Shown here piece by piece: positions 23,800 through 34,671 of a stretch of 64,000 bases of DNA. This DNA is from Rebecca billardiae RCC1528 (lineage: Eukaryota; Protista; Haptophyta): the NCBI GenBank assembly GCA_965240325.2, contig OZ251247.1, positions 1,054,001 through 1,118,000 of the forward strand, read 5' to 3'. A program made the translations under genes and the position numbers. Numbering within the stretch: the stretch's first letter is position 1; every line of letters starts with the position of its first letter. The notes beneath the pieces are model-generated. The model searched no databases, was not told where the DNA came from, and saw only the letters and a program-made list of their open reading frames with translations.

Positions 23800-25329
23800 A
23801 TGGTTCGGACGCGCCAGAGCAGCGGCGCGGCTCGTGCGCACGCCCTCGCGAGCTCGCCGTCGCAGCCGCCGCTGGCCTGCCTGCCCCCAGAGCTGATCGA
23901 GCGCATCCTGCATCATGTCGACGCCGCGCGTGATCTCGCCGCCGCCAACGCCACCTCGCGCCTTTTCCGCGGCGCGCCGGGCGGCCGCTCGCCGGTCGAG
24001 CACGCGCTGCGCGCTCGAGCGCGCGCGCGCGGGCTCGAGCGCGCCGTCCCGTCGGTTCTCCCGCCCGCTGCGTGCACGTGGACGGCCGTGCTGATGGCGG
24101 TGCTGTCGCGCACGCACGAGCTGGCGCGTGCGCACTCGGCTGTCGTCGCGGCCGGCTATCAGTTCAGCGCGTTTGTGGACGCGGAGGGTGGGCTGCACAC
24201 GTGCGGCGAGGAGCAGTGGTGGGACGAGGCCACCAGGCAGCCGTCGGGTGAGTACCGCCCGCACGCGGCGCTGGGTCATCCCGGTGCCACTCCGGTGCTC
24301 CTTCCGACGCGCGTCGCCTCGCTCAGCACGGTGCGCGTGATCGCGGTGGCCGCTGGCACCCGCCACCTGCTCGCGCTGAGCGATGCTGGGACGGTGTACG
24401 GCTGCGGCTGTAACAGCGGTGGCCAGCTCGGGAGTGGGGACACAGTCGCGTGGTGGGCCTTCCAGCAAGTGCAAGGCCTCGAGGCCCACATCGTCGCATG
24501 CATTGCAGCAGGCGCTGACCACAGCCTCGCGCTCACCGCCGCTGGGTGTGCGTACAGCTGGGGCAGCAACGACCGCGGCCAGCTCGGCCACGGCGACACG
24601 AAGAACCGGCTGGAGCCGACGCGCATCGAGGCGCTGGGCGGCGTGCGCGTGGGCGGCGTCGCCGCGGGTGAATTCCACACGCTGCTGCTCTCAGCCAGTG
24701 GCGCCACCTACTCGTGTGGTGGCAGCAGCCGGGGCCAGCTCGGCCACGGCGACCGGCAGAATCAGCACACGCCGAGGCGCGTCGAGGCGCTCGCGGGCGT
24801 GCGCGCCGTGCACGTGAGCGCGGGCGACTGCCACAGCCTGGTGGTCGACGCAGAGGGCTGCGTGTGGTCTTTTGGCTGGGGCTCCCGCGGCCGCCTCGGG
24901 CATGGCGACGAGGCGAGCGCATACCTGCCCAGGCGCGTCGAGGCGCTTGCAGGCGTGCGCGCTGTGCGCGCCAGCGCTGGCTCCGACGGCAGCGCGGTGC
25001 TGGGCGCGGACGGCAGCGTGCACGCGTTTGGGCACAACGGCCATGGCCAGCTGGGGCTCGGCGTGACGGTAACGAGCGCCCTTCAGCCCACGCGCGTGGT
25101 TCACCACAGGCAGACGCGTGTGACGGACTGCGCGCTCGGTTTCGTCCACTCGCTGCACGTCACGGCGGACGGCAGCGTGCACTCGTGCGGAGCGCAGGCG
25201 GCAGCGCTCGGCCTCGGGCTGACGAGGGCAACGGGTGCACGTGCCGTCCACGCGCTCAGGCGCATCGCGCACCTGCCGCGCGTGCAGCCATTCGGTATCG
25301 CCGGGAGTGCGGTGCAAGCTGACTCCTAA
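23800..25329 (+). CDS. F-box-like + RCC1-repeat protein, copy C
   Basis: MVRTRQSS...LACLPPELIERILHH...RLFR, RCC1 repeats, ends QADS. Confidence 0.9.
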   Translation: MVRTRQSSGAARAHALASSPSQPPLACLPPELIERILHHVDAARDLAAANATSRLFRGAPGGRSPVEHALRARARARGLERAVPSVLPPAACTWTAVLMAVLSRTHELARAHSAVVAAGYQFSAFVDAEGGLHTCGEEQWWDEATRQPSGEYRPHAALGHPGATPVLLPTRVASLSTVRVIAVAAGTRHLLALSDAGTVYGCGCNSGGQLGSGDTVAWWAFQQVQGLEAHIVACIAAGADHSLALTAAGCAYSWGSNDRGQLGHGDTKNRLEPTRIEALGGVRVGGVAAGEFHTLLLSASGATYSCGGSSRGQLGHGDRQNQHTPRRVEALAGVRAVHVSAGDCHSLVVDAEGCVWSFGWGSRGRLGHGDEASAYLPRRVEALAGVRAVRASAGSDGSAVLGADGSVHAFGHNGHGQLGLGVTVTSALQPTRVVHHRQTRVTDCALGFVHSLHVTADGSVHSCGAQAAALGLGLTRATGARAVHALRRIAHLPRVQPFGIAGSAVQADS

Positions 25330-25583
25330 ACTGGACCCGACTAAACTGGACCCGACGTAGGCCGGACGACACTGGGGGTCATGATTGTGATGACACTGCT
25401 TTAAGTGCTTGATGACTGTGATTCCAGCAAGCTCGAACAGGCTTTGCCGCTTTCAGCTTGGGCTGGGGTCTCGCCGTTCTGCAGCTGCTCGTTCTGCAGC
25501 TGCTCGGTGCCGAGGCACGCGGCACCGGTGGCTGCCGAGGCGCTCGGCGAGCCTCGCCCCGTCAGCGAACGACGACGACGACG

Positions 25584-27113
25584 ATGGTTCGGACGCGCCA
25601 GAGCAGCGGCACGGCTCGTGCGCACGCCCTCGCGAGCTCGCCGTCGCAGCCGCCGCTGGCCTGCCTGCCCCCGGAGCTGATCGAGCGCATCCTGCACCAC
25701 GTCGACGCCGCGCGTGATCTCGCCGCCGCCAACGCCACCTCGCGCCTCTTCCGCGGCGCGCCGGGCGGCCGCTCGCCGGTCGAGGAGGCGCTGCGCGCTC
25801 GAGCGCGCGCGCGTGGGCTCGAGCGCGCCGTCCCGTCGGTTCTCCCGCCGGCTGCGTGCACGTGGACGGCCGCGCTGATGGCGGTGCTGTCGCGCACGCA
25901 CGAGCTGGCGCGTGCGCACTCGGCTGTCGTCGCGTGCGGCGATGAGGGCTTCAGCGCGTTTGTTGACGCGGAGGGCGGGCTGCACACGTGCGGCGAGCAG
26001 GAGGTGCGGGACGCGCGCTGGCGGCGGACGGGCGAGTACCGCTCGAACGTGGCGCTGGGCCACCCCGGCGCCACTCCGGTGCTCCTCCCGACGCGCGTCG
26101 CCTCGCTCAGCGCGGTGCGCGTGATCGCAGTGGCCGCAGGCTGCAGGCACCTGCTTGCGCTGAGCGATGCTGGGACGGTGTACGGCTGCGGCGGCAACGA
26201 GTACGGCCAGCTCGGGCGAGGGAAGACAGGCACGCGCCGAGCTTTTCAGCAAGTGCGAGGCCTCGAGGCCCACATCGTCGCATGCATTGCAGCAGGCGCT
26301 GACCACAGCCTCGCACTCACCGCCGCTGGGTGTGCGTACAGCTGGGGCAGCAACGACCGCGGCCAGCTCGGCCACGGCGATACGAAGAAGCGGCGGGAGC
26401 CGACGCGCATCGCGGCGCTGAACGGCGTGCGCATCGGCGGGCTCACCGCGGGGTGTACGCACACGCTGCTGCTCTCTGCTGGTGGTGATGTCTACTCGTG
26501 TGGTGACGGCTGTGTAGGCCAGCTCGGCCACGGCGACGAGCAGGATCAGCGCACGCCGAGGCGCATCGAGGCGCTCGCGGGCGTGCGCGCCGTGCACGTG
26601 AGCGGCGGCGGCTACCACAGCCTGGTGGTCGACGCCGAGGGAAGCGTGTGGTCTTTTGGCTGGGGCATGCGAGGCTGCCTCGGGCATGGCGACGAGGCCA
26701 GCGAGTGCGTGCCCAGACGCGTCGAGGCGCTCGCTGGCGTGCGCGTGCTGCGCGCGCGCGCTGGCAACTTCTGCAGCTCGGTGCTTGGCGCGGACGGCAG
26801 CGTGCACGCGTTTGGGGACAACAGCAACGGCCAGCTGGGGCTCGGCGTGACGGTGTCGAGCTCCGCCCAGCCCACGCGCGTTGCTGCCCTCGTGCAGGCG
26901 CGTGTGACGGACTGCGCGCTCGGTGTGGCCCATGCGCTGCACGTCACGGCGGACGGCAGCGTGTACTCGTGCGGCGTGCAGGCGGCGGCGCTCGGCCTCG
27001 GGCTGACGAGGGCAACGGGTGCACGTGCCGTCCACGCGCTCACGCGCATCGCGCACCTGCCGCGCGTGCAGCCCTTCGGTATCGGTCGGAGTGCGGTGCA
27101 AGCTGATTCCTGA
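25584..27113 (+). CDS. F-box-like + RCC1-repeat protein, copy D
   Basis: Same architecture as C; nearly identical to F. Confidence 0.9.
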   Translation: MVRTRQSSGTARAHALASSPSQPPLACLPPELIERILHHVDAARDLAAANATSRLFRGAPGGRSPVEEALRARARARGLERAVPSVLPPAACTWTAALMAVLSRTHELARAHSAVVACGDEGFSAFVDAEGGLHTCGEQEVRDARWRRTGEYRSNVALGHPGATPVLLPTRVASLSAVRVIAVAAGCRHLLALSDAGTVYGCGGNEYGQLGRGKTGTRRAFQQVRGLEAHIVACIAAGADHSLALTAAGCAYSWGSNDRGQLGHGDTKKRREPTRIAALNGVRIGGLTAGCTHTLLLSAGGDVYSCGDGCVGQLGHGDEQDQRTPRRIEALAGVRAVHVSGGGYHSLVVDAEGSVWSFGWGMRGCLGHGDEASECVPRRVEALAGVRVLRARAGNFCSSVLGADGSVHAFGDNSNGQLGLGVTVSSSAQPTRVAALVQARVTDCALGVAHALHVTADGSVYSCGVQAAALGLGLTRATGARAVHALTRIAHLPRVQPFGIGRSAVQADS

Positions 27114-27288
27114 ACTGGGCCCGGTATAGGCCGGACGACGCTATCTAGCGGGTGTCATGATTGCAAGGCTGATCCAGTGTCGACACTGCTTGACTGTGAT
27201 TCCAGCAAGCTCAAACGCAGGCTTACTTACCGGCTGCTGCCTGAGGCGCGCGGCGAGCCTCGCCCCCTCAGCGAGCAGCGAACGTCCG

Positions 27289-28818
27289 ATGGTTCGGACG
27301 CGCCAGAGCAGCGGCGCGGCTCGTGCGCACGCCCTCGCGAGCTCGCCGTCGCAGCCGCCGTTGGCCTGCCTACCCCCAGAGCTGATCGAGCGCATCCTGC
27401 ACCACATCGACGCCCCGCGTGATCTCGCCGCCGCCAACGCCACCTCGCGCCTCTTCCGCGGCGCGCCGGGCGGCCGCTCGCCGGTCGAGCACGCGCTGCG
27501 TGCTCGAGCGCGCGCGCGTGGGCTCGAGCGCGCCGTCCCGTCGGCTCTCCCACCGGCTGCGTGCACGTGGACGGCCGCGCTGATGGCGGTACTGTCGCGC
27601 ACGCACGAGCTGGCGCGTGCGCACTCGGCTGTCGTCGCGGCCGGCTATAAGTTCAGCGCGTTTGTGGACGCGGAGGGTGGGCTGCACACATGTGGGGAGG
27701 AGGAGGTGCGTGATAAGGCCACCGGGCATTGGATGGGTGAGTACCGCTCGCACGTAGCGATGGGTCACCCCGGCGCCAATCCGCTGCTCCTCCCAACGCG
27801 CGTGGCCTCGCTCAGCGCGGTGCGCGTGGTCGCGGTGGCCGCTGGCCTCCACCACCTGCTCGCGCTGAGCGATGCCGGCGCCGTGTACGGCTGCGGCCGC
27901 AACAGGAACGGCCGGCTCGGGCTAGGGGGCAATGCTCAGCGGCAGGTGTTCGAGCAGGTGCGGGGAGTCGAGGCGCAGCTCATTGTATGCATTGCCGCAG
28001 GCGCTGATCACAGCCTCGCGCTCACCGCAGCAGGCTGTGCGTACAGCTGGGGCAGCAACGACAGCGGCCAGCTCGGCCACGGCGACTGGGAGGACCGGTG
28101 GGAGCCGGCGCGCATCGAGGCGCTGGACGGCGTGCGCGTGGGCGGCATCGCCGCGGGCGAATACCACACGCTCCTGCTCTCCACCAGCGGCGCCGTCTAC
28201 TCGTTTGGCCATGGCTACTACGGCCGGCTCGGCCACGGCGACGAGCAGGATCAGCACACGCCGAGGCGCGTCGAGGCGCTCGCGGGCGTGCGCGCCGTGC
28301 ACGTGAGCGCGGGCGAGTGCCACAGCCTGGTGGTCGACGCAGAGGGCCGCGTGTGGTCTTTTGGCTGGGGCTTCCGCGGCCGCCTCGGACATGGCGACGA
28401 GGCCAGCGCATACCTGCCCAGGCGCGTCGAGGCGCTTGCAGGCGTGCGCGCAGTGCGCGCGTGCGCTGGCTCCGACTGCAGCGCGGTGCTGGGCGCGGAC
28501 GGCAGCGTGCACGCGTTTGGGCACAACCGCCATGGCCAGCTGGGGCTCGGCGTGATGGTAACGAGCGCCGTTCAGCCCACGCGCGTGGTCCACCACGGGC
28601 AGACGCGTGTGACGGACTGCGCGCTCGGTATGGCCCATGCGCTGCACATCACGGCGGACGGCAGCGTGTACTCGTGCGGCGTGCAGGCGGCGGCGCTCGG
28701 CCTCGGGCTGACGAGGGCAACGGGTGCACGTGCCGTCCACGCGCTCACGCGCATCGCGCACCTGCCGCGCGTGCAGCCCTTCGGTATCGCCGGGAGTGCG
28801 GCGCAAGCTGATTCCTAA
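27289..28818 (+). CDS. F-box-like + RCC1-repeat protein, copy E
   Basis: Same architecture; C-terminal part closest to C. Confidence 0.9.
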   Translation: MVRTRQSSGAARAHALASSPSQPPLACLPPELIERILHHIDAPRDLAAANATSRLFRGAPGGRSPVEHALRARARARGLERAVPSALPPAACTWTAALMAVLSRTHELARAHSAVVAAGYKFSAFVDAEGGLHTCGEEEVRDKATGHWMGEYRSHVAMGHPGANPLLLPTRVASLSAVRVVAVAAGLHHLLALSDAGAVYGCGRNRNGRLGLGGNAQRQVFEQVRGVEAQLIVCIAAGADHSLALTAAGCAYSWGSNDSGQLGHGDWEDRWEPARIEALDGVRVGGIAAGEYHTLLLSTSGAVYSFGHGYYGRLGHGDEQDQHTPRRVEALAGVRAVHVSAGECHSLVVDAEGRVWSFGWGFRGRLGHGDEASAYLPRRVEALAGVRAVRACAGSDCSAVLGADGSVHAFGHNRHGQLGLGVMVTSAVQPTRVVHHGQTRVTDCALGMAHALHITADGSVYSCGVQAAALGLGLTRATGARAVHALTRIAHLPRVQPFGIAGSAAQADS

Positions 28819-29073
28819 ACTGGACCCGACTAAACTGGACCCGACGTAGGCCGGACGACACTGGGGGTCATGATTGTGATGACACTGCTTGACTGTGATT
28901 CCAGCAAGCTCGAACAGGCTTTGCCGCTTTCAGCTTGGGCTGGGGACCACCCTTGGGCAGTTGGGCTGGGGTCGTCGCCGTTCTGCAGCTGCTCGGCCGG
29001 TGATATCACCGGTTGCTGCCGAGGCACGCGGCGCAAGCCTCGCCCGAAGTTGTTCATCAGCGAGCAGCGAACG

Positions 29074-30636
29074 ATGGCTCGGACGCGCCAGAGCAGCGGC
29101 GCGGCTCGTGCGCGCGCCCTCGCGAGCTCGCCGTCGCAGCCGCCGCTAGCCTGCCTGCCCCCAGAGCTGATCGAGCGCATCCTGCACCACATCGACGCCG
29201 CGCGTGATCTCGCCGCCGCCAACGCCACCTCGCGCCTCTTCCGCGGCGCGCCGGGCGGCCGCTCGCCGGTCGAGGAGGCGCTGCGCGCTCGAGCGCGCGC
29301 GCGTGGGCTCGAGCGCGCCGTCCCGTCGGCTCTCCCGCCGGCTGCGTGCACGTGGACGGCCGCGCTGATGGCGGTGCTGTCGCGCACGCACGAGCTGGCG
29401 CGTGCGCACTCGGCCGTCGTCGCGTGCGGCGATGATGGCTTCAGCGCGTTTGTGGACGCGGAGGGCGGGCTGCACACGTGCGGCGAGCAGGAGGTGCGGG
29501 ACGCGCGCTGGCGGCGGACGGGCGAGTACCGTCCGAACGTGGCGCTGGGCCACCCCGGCGCCACTCCGGTGCTCCTCCCGACGCGCGTCGCCTCGCTCAG
29601 CGCGGTGCGCGTGATCGCAGTGGCCGCAGGCTGCAGGCACCTGCTTGCGCTGAGCGATGCTGGGACGGTGTACGGCTGCGGCGGCAACGAGTACGGCCAG
29701 CTCGGGCGAGGGGAGACAGGCACGCGCCGATCTTTCCAGCAAGTGCGAGGCCTCGAGGCCCACATCGTCGCATGCATTGCAGCAGGCGCTGACCACAGCC
29801 TCGCGCTCACCGCAGCAGGCTGTGCGTACAGCTGGGGCAGCAACGACCGCGGCCAGCTCGGCCACGGCGACACGAAGAAGCGGCGGGAGCCGACGCGCAT
29901 CGCGGCGCTGAACGGCGTGCGCATCGGCGGGCTCACCGCGGGGTGTACGCACACCCTGCTGCTCTCTGCTGGTGGTGATGTCTACTCGTGTGGTGACGGC
30001 TGTGCAGGCCGGCTCGGCCACGGCAACCTGCAGCATCAGCGCACGCCGAGGCGCATCGAGGCGCTCGCGGGCGTGCGCGCCGTGCTCGTGAGCGGCGGCG
30101 GCTACCACAGTCTGGTGGTCGACGCTGAGGGAAGCGTGTGGTCTTTCGGCTGGGGCATGCGAGGCTGTCTCGGGCATGGCGACGAGGCCACCGAGTGCGT
30201 GCCCAGACGCGTCGAGGCGCTCGCTGGCGTGCGCGTGCTGTGCGCGCGCGCTGGCAACTTCTGCAGCTCGGTGCTTGGCGCGGACGGCAGCGTGCACGCG
30301 TTTGGGGACAACAGCAACGGCCAGCTGGGGCTCGGCGTGACGGTGTCGAGCTCCGCCCAGCCCACGCGCGTTGCTGCCCTCGTGCAGGCGCGTGTGACGG
30401 ACTGCGCGCTCGGTGTGGCCCATGCGCTGCACGTCACGGCGGACGGCAGCGTGTACTCGTGCGGCGTGCAGGCGGCGGCGCTCGGCCTCGGGCTGACGAG
30501 GGCAACGGGTGCACGTGCCGTCCACGCGCGCACGCGCATCGCGCACCTGCCGCGCGTGCAGCCATACGGTATCGGCAGGGGCGCTGTGCAAGCTGATTCA
30601 CATGAAACGGATGGACCCGCTGCAGCGTACTACTGA
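29074..30636 (+). CDS. F-box-like + RCC1-repeat protein, copy F
   Basis: Near-duplicate of D with an 11-aa C-terminal extension after QADS. Confidence 0.9.
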   Translation: MARTRQSSGAARARALASSPSQPPLACLPPELIERILHHIDAARDLAAANATSRLFRGAPGGRSPVEEALRARARARGLERAVPSALPPAACTWTAALMAVLSRTHELARAHSAVVACGDDGFSAFVDAEGGLHTCGEQEVRDARWRRTGEYRPNVALGHPGATPVLLPTRVASLSAVRVIAVAAGCRHLLALSDAGTVYGCGGNEYGQLGRGETGTRRSFQQVRGLEAHIVACIAAGADHSLALTAAGCAYSWGSNDRGQLGHGDTKKRREPTRIAALNGVRIGGLTAGCTHTLLLSAGGDVYSCGDGCAGRLGHGNLQHQRTPRRIEALAGVRAVLVSGGGYHSLVVDAEGSVWSFGWGMRGCLGHGDEATECVPRRVEALAGVRVLCARAGNFCSSVLGADGSVHAFGDNSNGQLGLGVTVSSSAQPTRVAALVQARVTDCALGVAHALHVTADGSVYSCGVQAAALGLGLTRATGARAVHARTRIAHLPRVQPYGIGRGAVQADSHETDGPAAAYY

Positions 30637-30718
30637 GAGTACCGAGGGCCAGGCCGGCGGACGACTCACGACGCTATATACTATCACTAGCTAGCCGGGT
30701 GTCATGCTGATAGCTAGA

Positions 30719-30876
<158 letters not shown>

Positions 30877-32038
30877 TAGCAGACGATCGCGATTATTGCT
30901 ACTGCTGCTACTGCTGCTATAGGCGCTGCATGCTGACTGAGCTGTAAGTGTCACTCGGCCGATCACTGCTCCCGACACTGACAGTGACATGACATCAGTC
31001 ACTCATTCAGTCGGCTATACTACGTAGTACGACAGCAGTATGAGTAGTGAGTCAGGCGTGTCAGCTGCTAGTAGTAATTGCAGCGCGCTATATATATGGT
31101 CAGTCAGCAGAGTCCGGTATGGTAGTCGCGCACCGGACTGCGCATGCAATCGCTGCTAGCAGCACGGTAGTCCGATATCACTCACCTCGCCGCCGCTGCT
31201 AGTCATCACGACTGATGACGACGCGCCCGCGACGCCGCGTCGAGTCGGCTAGTCAGTAGCAGTGTAACGGTAGTCGCCTGCCCGGATGTCACGCCGTCGC
31301 CAACCGCCTCGGCTGGCCTACTGTATGCCTGCCCCCGCGGAAGAGCAGCTGATTCGGAGCGCCCATCCTGCTTCACCGATCAAGGCCCCGACGCGCGGTG
31401 TCAGAATGCGATCGATCTCCGGCTCTGACTGCAAACACCATACGGCCTGGCGCGCGACTGCTCTTCCACGGCGCGCCGGGCAGCCGCTCGCCCGGGTCGC
31501 CCCGGAGCTAAAGCGCTGCGCGCTCGAGTGCGCGCGCGTGGGCGGCATCAAAGTAAATAAGCGTGCCGTCCGCGCCGCGCGCTTAGTGCCTCCTGGGCGG
31601 CAGTGGGCGGTACTGCTATAACTATAATAATATATATATATCGTCTGCTTGCAGTGCTTGCTGACCTGGTCCTCACTAGGACGGTCCTGGCGCGGCGGCG
31701 GCAATCATGCACGACGGCTATCACGCGCCGCCGCACCGGCGCGTCATGAAGCCAGTCCCCAGCCCGGCACTCGCGGCAGTCGGCTACTCGGCTGCTGGCA
31801 CTACGCCTACGGGACTCAGTCAGCAGACTGAGAGTCACGCGGCTGCTGCGCCCCCGCGGGCCGCCGGTGCAGTAGTAGACTACGGCTGCTGCCATGCCGT
31901 GTCGCCGGTTGCCGGGGCGCCGGCGCGCCGACCGGCACACTCAGCAGTGCATGCACGTACTGCTAGCAGCTACGCGCGTACTACTACGCAGTCGTCATCC
32001 GATCACTACAGTTCCGCCGAGTATATATAGTTTATTAG

Positions 32039-34411
32039 TTACGGCGAGGCACCGCCTGCCACTGCAACGGAGCCGGCATCAGCCGCCGCCGCGCCGCCCT
32101 CCGCATGCCTCTGCTCTGCTGGTCGGCGCGCGGCGGACTCGCTGCACACGAGCTGCTTGGCGCTTGTCGCGAGCGCGGCGGCAGAGTATCGCCCGGACGG
32201 CGGCGACAGGCTGGTGCACTGTGACTGCTGCTGCTGCGCCGCCTCCAAGGCGGCCGCGCGCGCCGCCGCCGAGCGCGCGCCGCTCTCGAGTAGCTCGCGC
32301 ATCCACGCGTTGAAACGGTCGTAACCGCCGCCGCTGCTCTCAATCACCGCCATCAGCTGCTCCCGGTCGGAGTCGACCGCCGCCGTCGCGTGCCGCACGT
32401 CGAACTGAAGCTCGTCACGCGGCGGGCGCGCCCCGCCGCCGCCCGGCTCACCGCCGCCGCCGCCGCTCAGCCGGGCGGCGGAGATTGCAATCTCGCCGCC
32501 GCCGCCGCCGCTCAGCCGGGACGGCGGCGGCGCCACGCCCGCGAGCTCGAGCCAGACGATGCGCTCCGTCTGCGCGGAGCCCATCTCGTAGAAGACGAAC
32601 AGCTCGACGCAGCTGCCGCGGCGGCGGCGCGCGCGACGCGCGGGGGAGGCCGAACGGGCGCCCAGGCGATCAGGCGCGGTCCTGCCCTGCCCTAACCCTA
32701 ACCCTACCCTAAACCTGCCCTCGCCCTCCCGCACGCGTGAGCGCCGCGCGCCCGGTATACGCGCACAGTCCCGCAGCAGGCAAAGCACCACCGCAGCCCC
32801 GCTCGCGTACGCGTGTGCGCCGCGCGCCCGGTACGCGCGCGCGCGCGCGGCGCGAGATTGCAATCTCGGCGCGCACCACCAGAGCCGCGTGAGGTACGTG
32901 CTACCGCGCAGTACGAGCAGCTCGGTGCAGCCGGCTAGGAAAACGGGTAATCCGGGTAGGTAGTCGCCGATGCGGTGCTGGTCGATGCACACGCGGTCGA
33001 GCCACACGCGCGGCTCGCGCCCGTTGCTGCCCACGAAGCGCTGCCGCCACGCCTGCAGCGCCTCCCACTTAGAGTCCGGGTCGTCGTGCCAGCTGCGCGC
33101 GCGCACGCGGCGCGGTTGGGCGGGCGGGGCCGTGAGCGCGCGCGCAGCCCGGCGCCGCGCCGCGGCGGCGGCGGGCGGGTGGCGGATGGGGCGCCCGTGC
33201 ACACGCGCCCGTGGTACACAGGCGCGCCACGCGCAGGCGCCCGCGAGTGGCTGACAACAGTGCCAGCCACCCGCCACCCAGCGCGCCACCCAGCGCGTGT
33301 GCGTGGCGCGTACGGGCGCGCAGGCGCGCAGGCGCCCACGAGAGGCTGACCACTGCGTCCGCCACCCGACAGCCACCCGGCACACAGCGCGCCACCCAGC
33401 GTGTGCGTGTGGCGCGCACGGGCGCGCAGGCGCGCACCTGTGGCTGACGAAAGCGTCCACCCCTCCCAGTGGCGCTGGCTCTGAGAGCGCGTGCGCGCCC
33501 GGGTCGGGCGTGTTGGTGGCGAGGTGCTCGCGGCGCAGCCGGTCGAGCGGCACCGCGCGGAACGTCTCCCGCGCCAGCCCGAGCACCGCCTCCGCGTCGC
33601 GCCCGCCCAGCAGCGCGGCGATGCCCGCCGCGGCCGAGACGCCCTCGCCAATCGAAGCCAGCCACTGCTGCGCGCGCTCGCGGAAGCGCGGGCGAAGGCC
33701 TAGGGCGCCGAGGAGTACCGTCTCGAGGCCGAGGGCGAGGTAGACGAGCGCCGCCGCGCCGAGCGGCGCGCGCCGCAGCAGCACCACGTGCACCGGGTAC
33801 ATGGCCAGAAAGGCCAGCCCCCACGATATGTACCCCCAGTTGGCTAATCTCCACGCAATCTCGAGCTTGTATCTCGCCGAGAGCGCGCGCGTCCCGACGT
33901 ACGCGAGGCGGAGGATGAGGGCCAGCCCGATGGCGGCGGTGGCGAGGTGGCGCGCCACGTCGATGCGCATGAGCTGGCACCCGCGCTCCAGCTCGTCCGC
34001 CAGCTCGGCGGAGTCCGGATGGCACTGCCCTGCGCTCAGCGCGCTCAGCAGCACGTACGCCTCGGCCGTGGCGAAGTAGACGCCGGCGGCGCTGGCGCCG
34101 ATGCCGAAGAGGATGATGGCGTGGACGCTGCGCGTGTCCGTCGGCAGGACCGCGAGTATCATCACCCACGGCCCGCCAAAGTGCGCCACGCTCGCGTACA
34201 GCGCCAGCGGGCTCGGCTGGTAGACGCCCGAGAGCACGGCGCCGACGACGGTGAGGCACGCGCCGAGCGTGAGCGACGGGACCTGCACGCGCAGCCGGCG
34301 CTGGCGGCCCTGCTCGCGCAGCCACGCGATGTGGCCCTTCACCACCTGCCCGTCGCTGGGCGCCGACTCCAAGGCCGGAGCCACGGTGGGGCTGCTACCC
34401 CGAGCGGCCAT
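32039..34411 (-). CDS. Multi-pass membrane protein (about 6 TM) with a C-terminal HET/TIR-like domain, 3 exons
   Basis: Exons 34411-33438, 33092-32877, 32612-32039. About six hydrophobic helices, then DAFVSHSWHDD...VWLDRVCIDQ...LLVLRGSTYLTRLWCCVELF...DREQLMAVIE. These match HET (PF06985)/TIR-type motifs FxSH, WxDxxCIDQ and YxxRxWCxxE. Confidence 0.82.
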   Translation of the reverse strand: MAARGSSPTVAPALESAPSDGQVVKGHIAWLREQGRQRRLRVQVPSLTLGACLTVVGAVLSGVYQPSPLALYASVAHFGGPWVMILAVLPTDTRSVHAIILFGIGASAAGVYFATAEAYVLLSALSAGQCHPDSAELADELERGCQLMRIDVARHLATAAIGLALILRLAYVGTRALSARYKLEIAWRLANWGYISWGLAFLAMYPVHVVLLRRAPLGAAALVYLALGLETVLLGALGLRPRFRERAQQWLASIGEGVSAAAGIAALLGGRDAEAVLGLARETFRAVPLDRLRREHLATNTPDPGAHALSEPAPLGGVDAFVSHRCAPARPCAPHAHAGWRAVCRVAVGWRTQWSASRGRLRACAPVRATHTRWVARWVAGGWHCCQPLAGACAWRACVPRARVHGRPIRHPPAAAAARRRAARALTAPPAQPRRVRARSWHDDPDSKWEALQAWRQRFVGSNGREPRVWLDRVCIDQHRIGDYLPGLPVFLAGCTELLVLRGSTYLTRLWWCAPRLQSRAARARAYRARGAHAYASGAAVVLCLLRDCARIPGARRSRVREGEGRFRVGLGLGQGRTAPDRLGARSASPARRARRRRGSCVELFVFYEMGSAQTERIVWLELAGVAPPPSRLSGGGGGEIAISAARLSGGGGGEPGGGGARPPRDELQFDVRHATAAVDSDREQLMAVIESSGGGYDRFNAWMRELLESGARSAAARAAALEAAQQQQSQCTSLSPPSGRYSAAALATSAKQLVCSESAARRPAEQRHAEGGAAAADAGSVAVAGGASP

Positions 34412-34671
34412 CGCCCTTGACCGTCGTCGTCCCCCCCGGTGGCGGGCATCAATCTCGCCTGCCTGAGCTGTGTGCGTACTGATGCGTCTCACTGTATTCA
34501 GTATAGCTATTGTACTACTAAAACAGTAGTAGCTTAGTAGTAGCACTGAGCGCGCTGCCCGCGGCGTGGTCGAGCTCGAACACCGGGGGACCAGCAGGCG
34601 CGCTGCCGCCCACCCAGTGGTCGCCACCGCCCACCTGCACGCCCAGCAGTGATCCGGCCACCGTCGCGCAG

